Shown in pieces: positions 8,481-15,662 of a DNA stretch of 38,934 nt (position 1 is its first letter; every line of letters starts with the position of its first letter). The position numbers and the translations under genes are program-made. A model generated the notes under the pieces. That model did no database searches and had not been told where the DNA came from. It saw only the letters and a program-made list of their open reading frames with translations. The DNA comes from a virus (Duplodnaviria; Caudoviricetes): positions 1-38,934 of IMG/VR virus record IMGVR_UViG_3300007520_000038. One strand, 5' to 3'.

Positions 8481-9437
8481 TTAAAAATCGCTGATTGAAG
8501 ACATCAGCTTTGTTAAGTTATATTTGTAAAAATAATCAAAGAGGCTTCTTGGCCCTTTAACTATCGGCTCCTTATATTTATCGATAATGGCGTCCTGAAT
8601 TTCTTCAGGTACCTCTCGTAGATCTATAAGGGGCTTATTACGTTCGAGATACTGTTGTTTTCCAAGGACAAAAAGGGCGGTTTCTCGCTCTTTAATAACA
8701 TCTTTTTTGACGTTAAACTTTATAAAATGTTTTTCTAACTCGGTTTCATTATCCCAATCTGAGACAGTAACGTTGAGCATAAAGGACATACGGGCTTCTG
8801 TTAGCGCCACTTGCCGTTTGGTATCGTCTTGTAATGCGGTATCTTCAGAAAGTATATTAGGGATGCCATCGCCACTATCACCTCTAATGATGTGTTCATG
8901 TAGGAATAAAAGTGGGTTTGCCGCTTTGACGATTTTATTATCTACTGGGTGATAAATTACGCAGTCGGTATAAACCTGAAGCTGCTTGAAATCCTTATCG
9001 GTTGATATAATTAAATTAGGTTGATCAGAGTAACGTATTGCTAGGGTTGCAATAACATCATCCCCTTCAGCTCCGTCTATCTCAATCACTCTATATTTCG
9101 TATATGTCCGCACTTCTTTTTTGAAATCAGCAAAGAATTCGAAGACTGTAGTCCAATCAATATGCGTTAGAGCTTCTCTATCTGCTTTACGATGTGATTT
9201 ATACGGTTTGAAGAAGTCTTTACGCCACAGATGTCTATCGTCAGCAGCGAATACTACTTCTCCATATTTACCTTTGTATCGAGAAGTAACGGCGCGAACG
9301 GTATTTAAAATCATATACCTACATGCGTCAGGGTCAAAGACTTTAATCTTCTTTCCGTTTTCATCTAGATCATCTGTCTCCCTCATAGAGGCATGCAGAT
9401 TTATGAAAAAAATGTTAGACATATCAAAAATTATCAT
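8481..9437 (-). CDS. rnh: T4-type RNase H / 5'-3' exonuclease
   Basis: IIFD, WRKDFFKPYK-x-x-R, EGDDVIA, STDKDFKQL, GDSGDGIPNI. Confidence 0.93.
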   Translation of the reverse strand: MIIFDMSNIFFINLHASMRETDDLDENGKKIKVFDPDACRYMILNTVRAVTSRYKGKYGEVVFAADDRHLWRKDFFKPYKSHRKADREALTHIDWTTVFEFFADFKKEVRTYTKYRVIEIDGAEGDDVIATLAIRYSDQPNLIISTDKDFKQLQVYTDCVIYHPVDNKIVKAANPLLFLHEHIIRGDSGDGIPNILSEDTALQDDTKRQVALTEARMSFMLNVTVSDWDNETELEKHFIKFNVKKDVIKERETALFVLGKQQYLERNKPLIDLREVPEEIQDAIIDKYKEPIVKGPRSLFDYFYKYNLTKLMSSISDF

Positions 9438-9446
9438 ATAAGCTTT

Positions 9447-9794
9447 CTAGTTTCCTTGAGTTGCGCGAACCTGTTCAAGCACAACTTCAGTTAGTTCTTC
9501 TTTGTAGTTTGTAAATGTATTAAACACGTCTACAAAGGTGTTGAATTCATCTTCGAAACTATAATGGTCTGACATAATAGATCGCAAGAGGCTTTCCAAA
9601 ATATTCATTTTCTCGTCAGATGGGTCTATACCGATCTCTATAAAGGAAGTATATATGTTTGGAATGATATAATCAAGCGTATCTTCGATTGTTTCGAGTT
9701 TTAATCCTATTAGTCTCTCAGCGACGTCGTATGGGTTTTTTGTTATACGATTATTGTCACTGGGGAACATGATGACGTTATTAGCTGAATCCAT
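9447..9794 (-). CDS. acidic hypothetical protein (NVIMFP N-terminus), late-controlled
   Basis: AAAGGAG SD; RBS-occluding hairpin upstream. Confidence 0.75.
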   Translation of the reverse strand: MDSANNVIMFPSDNNRITKNPYDVAERLIGLKLETIEDTLDYIIPNIYTSFIEIGIDPSDEKMNILESLLRSIMSDHYSFEDEFNTFVDVFNTFTNYKEELTEVVLEQVRATQGN

Positions 9795-9840
9795 ATCGTC
9801 TCCTTTACTACTGTACTATTTAGTCAAAGGAGACGATATG
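9792..9840 (-). promoter_or_regulatory. perfect 15-bp inverted repeat covering SD and ATG, with late promoter CTAAATA in the loop
   Basis: CATATCGTCTCCTTT (9792-9806) / AAAGGAGACGATATG (9826-9840); promoter at 9817-9823. Confidence 0.8.
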
Positions 9841-9854
9841 CGGTAGGCATCTCC

Positions 9855-11024
9855 CTACTTGATGATTCGAACGATAATCACTTCTTCAGAAGTGCGATTT
9901 TTAGCTTCAACTGGCGTACCTTTGACTGAGTCGAACGACTTCTTTAGAGTAGTCTTAGGTTGCGATGCCATGGCCTTTACAGTAGCCGCAGCTCGACCTG
10001 CTCGCTTGGTCTTAGATTCGTCTTCATTGTAGTTAATGATTGACGTACCCTTAATCGAAAGCCCCGCGGCACCCTTAGCGTACAACACCGTCAGTAGATT
10101 ATACTTGGTGTTGTAAAGAACCGCAACTTGAGCGCCAATAATACCGGAAGGATTCTGACTGATAACGCCAGTATCGTCATCCGAAGGCTTATACTTTAGA
10201 CCAGATACCGCTTTGGTTTCACGCTTGGCGCTCGTAAGTGCGAGGCGAACCGATTCACGCTTCAGTTGTGCATCCGTCTTCGGCTTGGCCTGCTTTTCAG
10301 AAGCCCATGTGGAAGCTGCATCGAGTAGATTGGTCCAGAACGGCACCTGAGTCTTCAGAGTTTCCTTGGAGTAGTCTGCAGGATTCTCTGCATACTTTTC
10401 AACCGATTCTTTGAAGCGCTCAACAAGACGACGTGCATGTCCAGGCTTGATGTCCATCTCTTTGAAGATTTCGAAGAACTTCAAGTCTTTGAGTTGCTTT
10501 TCGTTCGTCCAAACTTCATCGGCAAGATCGTCAAATGCGACGAACATCTCATTGGCTTTGTTGTCGGTGCGCTCTTGAATCGAGAGTACAATGCCTTTCT
10601 CTTCGGCTTCAGCAACTCGCTCTTCACGAATCGTGTAACCTTGAGCAATCAGGGTTGTAACCTTCTCTTCCCATCGCGTAAGAACGTCGTATGGGAGAAT
10701 AATCTCACGCTGCAGCATCCGAGCGATGACGAGTACAGAATGTTGCCAGAATCCTTTTTGTGAAGCGGCTCGCTTCATCGCAGCGATATCGGCTTTGCTG
10801 TAGTCGCGCGCTTTCATCTCGGCAAAGAGTGATTCGATATGCGCATCAGGCTCTTCGACTGTATTATACCAATTCAAAGCGGCGGTCAGACCCGATGCAG
10901 AGAAGTCAGACTTGATCTCAGGTTCCGATCCGTATCCTTTGATAGCGATCGATTTCGCTGCCATAGGGCCGACGCGAATAGTAGGCTTTTTGGTCTTTTG
11001 AAGTTTACGAGCGGCTCGTGCCAT
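9855..11024 (-). CDS. conserved T4-like hypothetical early protein
   Basis: ALNWYN; C-terminal IIGAQ...YNTKY...GLSIKGTSIINY; strongly biased codons; AGGAG SD. Confidence 0.85.
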   Translation of the reverse strand: MARAARKLQKTKKPTIRVGPMAAKSIAIKGYGSEPEIKSDFSASGLTAALNWYNTVEEPDAHIESLFAEMKARDYSKADIAAMKRAASQKGFWQHSVLVIARMLQREIILPYDVLTRWEEKVTTLIAQGYTIREERVAEAEEKGIVLSIQERTDNKANEMFVAFDDLADEVWTNEKQLKDLKFFEIFKEMDIKPGHARRLVERFKESVEKYAENPADYSKETLKTQVPFWTNLLDAASTWASEKQAKPKTDAQLKRESVRLALTSAKRETKAVSGLKYKPSDDDTGVISQNPSGIIGAQVAVLYNTKYNLLTVLYAKGAAGLSIKGTSIINYNEDESKTKRAGRAAATVKAMASQPKTTLKKSFDSVKGTPVEAKNRTSEEVIIVRIIK

Positions 11025-11050
11025 GTGCTATCTCCTGTTTCTATTTAACA

Positions 11051-11079
11051 GTTATAGGCTCTTTACGTAGATGGTGCAA
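11051..11079 (-). promoter_or_regulatory. early promoter TTGCAC-N17-TATAAC
   Basis: 17-bp spacer; precedes the 389-aa gene. Confidence 0.7.
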
Positions 11080-13147
11080 CTTGATTCAGCAGTTCGGTCC
11101 ATTTATGTTGGACTGTTGCCCAGGAATGTTTGTTTCTTATATACTCACTCGCCTTTGCAAGCTTCGTTAAATCGTATCGTTCAGCTATATGTTTGATAAC
11201 CTTCGTAAGATGAGCTGTAAACAAATCTACGTGGATTTCTGGATTTGGTACGAATGGATATATATGTGTGAGGCCACCAGAAGTTTCCGGAAGGGCGCCA
11301 AGTGAGCTGTGAACGCAGAAGTTTCCAGTTGCCATTGCTTCAATAAGAGCTAGACAGTTATGACTTACAAATGTTTCTGTTACATAGGAATGATCTACCT
11401 CAACTTCAAAGTTGTATACCATTCCGCTATAATCAATAGGTTGTTGAATCTTATCTTTTTCTCGAAATTTTAACCCGATTAAGTTTTCATACTTTATACA
11501 TTTACTTTTTTGTTCAATATCATTCCAACTTACAGTGTATGCCTTGACTTTAGGTGTTTCACACACGGTTGCAAATTTACCTAAATTTGTTAGTATTTGC
11601 GTTGCTCCGTGAATGAGAGAAATAGATATTGATTGAATTGTTTTTCGGTTGTGTTTATTAGTGTGCCCATCAGCTGCAAAATATCCATTTAAAAATTCTT
11701 CTTGAATCGCGAACGAACAATCCCAAATAAATGACGGTACCCTTTTATCTCTGCTGACGCCAATCGTACCTCTAATGAAGTTCGCCCATATTTTATTATG
11801 CGCTGTAACCACTCCACCGTTTTCAGATGTTTGCTTATCTACTCCTCCAAAAAAATCAATAAAGCGTGCAACGTTATCTGTTTCAGATACGTGGTGTGCT
11901 AGCGTTAGCGTTCCAGCTTTTGAAGCATGTCCATCACCAGCCATTAACCCGAGAATATATGCAAACTCAGGTGTTATTTTCTGCCGATTTAGTACTTTTT
12001 TATAAGAACTATATGTATTACGAATACTAGTAATTTCATCTAATTCATTAACGAGATTATGTTCACCCTGCATGTAATCATATATATTAATATATTCAAG
12101 ATTCTGTTCGTGTTGTTTTACTCGTAATAACACTTCTGTTTGTTTATTAAAGTCTTCTGCATTTTTCCAAACTGTATTATATATTTTTTTAGTGTCTGAT
12201 TTACTATATTTAGCCGTTTTTTGCTTATGTATAATTCCCGTGTATAATGGATGTTCGTTTGTAAAGTATACTGTTTTATGTACTCCAATAGGTTTGAATC
12301 CATAGAGTTTTCCGTTATACTCCCTACTAAATGTTTTTGTTACTTTACGAAAAACCCCAGTGTGGGAAAGCACTTCATCTCCAATTTGAATATCTTCGAT
12401 GTTTTTAACACCAAGTTTAGTAAGTATATTAGTGCCTGCTAGCTGGCAACTCGTTTCAGGCCAAATCGACGGGAATGCAAAAACATGAGATTGTTTAAGG
12501 GCTTCAAGCACTTCTTCGTTTGATACAGTACCGTGGTATGTAATACCTGGATGATCTATACACTCTTGAAATAAGTGTTGATATTGTTGGTTTCGACTAC
12601 CCCAACCGTATATTTCAAACGAACTATACACATCAAGGGTAATATAGATGCCCTGCTCTTGTAGTTGAGTGTATAGAGTTTTAAACACCGGGAGTAGAAT
12701 AGCTAGGCCTCGGTGAGGTGTAGTATGGTATATTAACTTGATCGGGTATTCTTTTCGACCTAATCCGATTTTAAACTTATTATTTAAAATCGGCTTTAGA
12801 TCATAATCGATGTTAATTGAGTTGGGAATTATTACAGTGTTGTACGCTCGGGCATCGGGTAGATAACCCTTTTCGAGGAACTGTTGGTGTTGCCAATACG
12901 AAACAAACACCTGAACATCGAAATTGTATAAACTTGTCTTTAAATGCTCTGTTTCCGGGTCTCCGGGCAAATCATGAGCATAGTACACCGAATGCCGATT
13001 TTCGTCAAAATCACGAACTCTCGAGAAATAAAAATCTATGTTTTCAAGATGTTCTGGGTGCTTTTCTACGAGGAAATCATGAAGTCTCCCTTTTAGAAGT
13101 TCAGTACCACCCTTTGCGTTCGCAGATAGTTCGTCTGTTTTGATCAT
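11063..13147 (-). CDS. GT-B (GT4-like) glycosyltransferase containing an intein
   Basis: GGTE, HDL, YHTTPHRGL, FAFPSIWPETS|CLALIEAMATG...GALPET. Confidence 0.88.
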   Translation of the reverse strand: MIKTDELSANAKGGTELLKGRLHDFLVEKHPEHLENIDFYFSRVRDFDENRHSVYYAHDLPGDPETEHLKTSLYNFDVQVFVSYWQHQQFLEKGYLPDARAYNTVIIPNSINIDYDLKPILNNKFKIGLGRKEYPIKLIYHTTPHRGLAILLPVFKTLYTQLQEQGIYITLDVYSSFEIYGWGSRNQQYQHLFQECIDHPGITYHGTVSNEEVLEALKQSHVFAFPSIWPETSCQLAGTNILTKLGVKNIEDIQIGDEVLSHTGVFRKVTKTFSREYNGKLYGFKPIGVHKTVYFTNEHPLYTGIIHKQKTAKYSKSDTKKIYNTVWKNAEDFNKQTEVLLRVKQHEQNLEYINIYDYMQGEHNLVNELDEITSIRNTYSSYKKVLNRQKITPEFAYILGLMAGDGHASKAGTLTLAHHVSETDNVARFIDFFGGVDKQTSENGGVVTAHNKIWANFIRGTIGVSRDKRVPSFIWDCSFAIQEEFLNGYFAADGHTNKHNRKTIQSISISLIHGATQILTNLGKFATVCETPKVKAYTVSWNDIEQKSKCIKYENLIGLKFREKDKIQQPIDYSGMVYNFEVEVDHSYVTETFVSHNCLALIEAMATGNFCVHSSLGALPETSGGLTHIYPFVPNPEIHVDLFTAHLTKVIKHIAERYDLTKLAKASEYIRNKHSWATVQHKWTELLNQVAPST
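11357..12448 (-). mobile_element. intein (364 aa) with LAGLIDADG endonuclease
   Basis: CQLAGTNI start; FTNEHP block B; VYNFEV...VSHN/C end; ILGLMAGDG and FLNGYFAADG. Confidence 0.92.
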
Positions 13148-13431
13148 TACGGGAAGCGAACCTCTAGAAGGTTATCCCAGCGGAAGTTTCTAAACGCACC
13201 AATGTCTGTATCGAATACAACCTGGTTATCCGGATTTGGCGTCTTGACAGTATCGGTGGTTTTCTCATATGTCGAGGTAATCAAAGCAGGGTTGAGAGTA
13301 GCGTTCATTTGACGGATCGTACCATCTACCTTGTTGAACGCAATTGCAACAGGAGTCTCTGATGCTCGTAATAGCTCTAGTACTTTTTCTTTATATAGAT
13401 CTTGATTAGAAGTTGTCGCGTTTGTTTCCAT
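13147..13431 (-). CDS. DUF2693/WYL-like SH3-barrel phage protein
   Basis: FNKVDGTIRQMNATL...VVFDTDIGAFRNFR. Confidence 0.75.
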   Translation of the reverse strand: METNATTSNQDLYKEKVLELLRASETPVAIAFNKVDGTIRQMNATLNPALITSTYEKTTDTVKTPNPDNQVVFDTDIGAFRNFRWDNLLEVRFP

Positions 13432-13678
13432 AGTTTTCACCCATTATGTTGTTTGCTGTTATAAATTGTTGCAGTTCAGTATATCCACCGATGTAATTAC
13501 CATCAACGACTACGATAGGGAGCGTCTTTGCAAACGGATATATTCGAACTACTTCTGCTCGAGAAATATCTTCTCCGATTAGTATTGAATCGTAGGCAAT
13601 TTCTCGAGACTCAAGTAGCGTTTTTGCCTTGACGCAATAGATGCATACCGGCTCAGCTCTCCAATATAGTTTGATCAT
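13406..13678 (-). CDS. glutaredoxin (NrdC-like)
   Basis: CIYC, TLPIVVVDG-x-YIGGYTEL. Confidence 0.9.
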   Translation of the reverse strand: MIKLYWRAEPVCIYCVKAKTLLESREIAYDSILIGEDISRAEVVRIYPFAKTLPIVVVDGNYIGGYTELQQFITANNIMGENYGNKRDNF

Positions 13679-14066
13679 TATAAACGATTTGTCCTTGTGT
13701 TTCAATTTTATGCGGGAACTGTGTTCGATCTATTACAGAATATTCTAACGATACTGGTTCGAACACATTAAAGAACGAAATTACAGTTTGAGGATCGTAT
13801 CCCTTACATGAATAGAGATCTGCTTTGACAAAAGGTTTTCCGTTATTATTCCAGAAATGTGCAGTGAAATGTGAAGTCGTTATCATTGCGAATACAGACA
13901 GACCCTCGTTGCAGGGATCGTCGCAATATTTGGCCACAGGAGGAATGAATACTTCCATGTCTATCGCTTTGATGATATCTCGAACCCAAGCCTCTGTCAG
14001 AGCTGTATCCGTAGGGGGATGAGTAATCTCCGCATCTATCATAAGATGCTTGTGTATTTTTGCCAT
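13653..14066 (-). CDS. speD: S-adenosylmethionine decarboxylase proenzyme
   Basis: HKHLMID, GLSVFAMITTSHFTAHFW (Ser pyruvoyl site), DLYSCK; start ATG 14066. Confidence 0.85.
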   Translation of the reverse strand: MAKIHKHLMIDAEITHPPTDTALTEAWVRDIIKAIDMEVFIPPVAKYCDDPCNEGLSVFAMITTSHFTAHFWNNNGKPFVKADLYSCKGYDPQTVISFFNVFEPVSLEYSVIDRTQFPHKIETQGQIVYNDQTILES

Positions 14067-14164
14067 ATTGGTTCCCGTTAAAAAGATCAAGAAAAGCGAC
14101 AATCACGAGTTACTATTGTCTCTGCTCATATAGAAAAATCTTATGGGAACGCAGCATATATTAT

Positions 14165-14614
14165 TTAGTTAAGCATCCTTTGCCATGTGGGAATTACCAT
14201 CCCTGCGACGCCAATTATATCACCTTCGCGTGATAGTGGCCACTTTACAACATTTAAAATATGTTCGCCACCGTGTATATCAACATATGTTTCTTGTAGT
14301 TCGACGTGTTCGTGTGATTCCATAACAGCTTTATCGTTTATACCATATTCTTTCGACGAATCGTTATGCCACATTTCAAAGTCTAATTTTGTATTGTATT
14401 CTTCAACAGTTACTTTATATTCAGTCTCGTATGCTGGATTTACGTATATCATTCGCGTATCGTAATCTTTAATCCAAGCAGGATACGGGCAACATGAAAT
14501 GAAAGATATTAGTTCTGATGCACGAGAGTCTAGGAAAAACGGAGCGACGGCCAGCCGTAATTCCATTTGTTCTAATGACTCAATGTTTAGAGTGATTTCT
14601 CCAGGCATCAACAT
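14165..14614 (-). CDS. stand-alone PAS-domain protein (PAS_4-like)
   Basis: PAWIKDYDTRMIYVNPAYE...DFEMW...NDKAVM...KWPL...IIGVAG. Confidence 0.8.
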   Translation of the reverse strand: MLMPGEITLNIESLEQMELRLAVAPFFLDSRASELISFISCCPYPAWIKDYDTRMIYVNPAYETEYKVTVEEYNTKLDFEMWHNDSSKEYGINDKAVMESHEHVELQETYVDIHGGEHILNVVKWPLSREGDIIGVAGMVIPTWQRMLN

Positions 14615-14696
14615 ACACTGCTTTTCTTTCTAATTGTTTCGGTTACCCGGTGGGAATTCCCTCATAATCAATTAAAGTGTCTTCGCAAACGTGCGC

Positions 14697-15017
14697 TTAT
14701 TTTGCGACTTCAGATTCTTCGTCTTCAGGGGCCTCGTGCGCATCGCCATGCGGCCACTCTTGTTGTAGGTGAGGTAAATGCGCATTCGCGTTGTTATTCA
14801 TTTCCCAAAGATCCTTTGAAGTATATCCGTCTGGACGCTGATCTGATTTAAAGTGGATAGTTGCAAATAGGTTCGGGATTTTACTATCATCATCGTCTTG
14901 ATCGGGTTGATCAGGATCATGTAGAACTGGAAGGATCGCGTCCGGACCTTCTGATACTGATACTAAGCCATCAGACTTAAAGTCGGCGAATGATGGTACT
15001 TTGCGTGTATTTGTCAT
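14697..15017 (-). CDS. acidic late protein, possible internal head protein
   Basis: CTAAATA upstream; N-terminal SFADF...VSE resembles T4 capsid-targeting leaders. Confidence 0.65.
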   Translation of the reverse strand: MTNTRKVPSFADFKSDGLVSVSEGPDAILPVLHDPDQPDQDDDDSKIPNLFATIHFKSDQRPDGYTSKDLWEMNNNANAHLPHLQQEWPHGDAHEAPEDEESEVAK

Positions 15018-15057
15018 AAATTATTTCCTATATTTTTAATGTATCGCATATTATATA

Positions 15058-15498
15058 TTATTTAGTAACTTTAAGCAACTCTTCTCGTAGCGTAGAAACG
15101 TGCGTTCCATGTATGCGTGTTTGCACAATATTATTGTAAAAATCGTCACGAAAAAGCACATTGTTATCAATCTGATACTTTAATTCCATATAATGCAACT
15201 CACCCTTTGCTTTACAAAGTCTAATTATTTCACGCTTGAAATTTTCTTTGCCGAATATTTCGATATCCTTTTTAAGATTCTCAGAAGAACCCCAATACTC
15301 AGCCCAGTCACTCTGCTTTATCTCTTTACGCTTACGTACTTTACCCTTGAGTGGCGGGCGCGTTACTGTTTTCCATAGTCTCTTCTGTCCGACGTATTTT
15401 TTATCATTAATTAGATTTGTAATTACATAGATAAAACCTATATAACCTTCACCATCTTCAATAATAAAATCGCGACCTGTAATAGTCCAATTAATCAT
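15058..15498 (-). CDS. short conserved GIY-YIG-type nuclease
   Basis: GFIYVITNLINDKKYVGQK, SDWAEYWGSS, NFKREII, FYNNIV. Confidence 0.8.
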   Translation of the reverse strand: MINWTITGRDFIIEDGEGYIGFIYVITNLINDKKYVGQKRLWKTVTRPPLKGKVRKRKEIKQSDWAEYWGSSENLKKDIEIFGKENFKREIIRLCKAKGELHYMELKYQIDNNVLFRDDFYNNIVQTRIHGTHVSTLREELLKVTK

Positions 15499-15637
15499 TA
15501 CTCGCTTCAATCTTTATAATAGTATTAGAATTGCAAATAGGACAGAATGTTGGTTGTCTTTCTTCACTAGTCTCTACAACTGTAACTACAAAAACACTAT
15601 CACAGGCAGTACAATTGTACATGTTTCTCTGAGACAT
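15491..15637 (-). CDS. 48-aa zinc-ribbon protein (CTAC...CPIC), below the ORF-track cutoff
   Basis: Translated by hand; AAGGAG SD; overlaps the start of the next gene. Confidence 0.7.
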   Translation of the reverse strand: MSQRNMYNCTACDSVFVVTVVETSEERQPTFCPICNSNTIIKIEASND

Positions 15638-15662
15638 TGATTACTCCTTTGTTATTATATAT

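Noticed and set aside
14614-14665. In-frame ATG...TAG upstream of the PAS gene suggesting TAG recoding
   Set aside because: TAG ends several bona fide genes (e.g. 9447, 9855, 30575), and long conserved genes are intact in the standard code.
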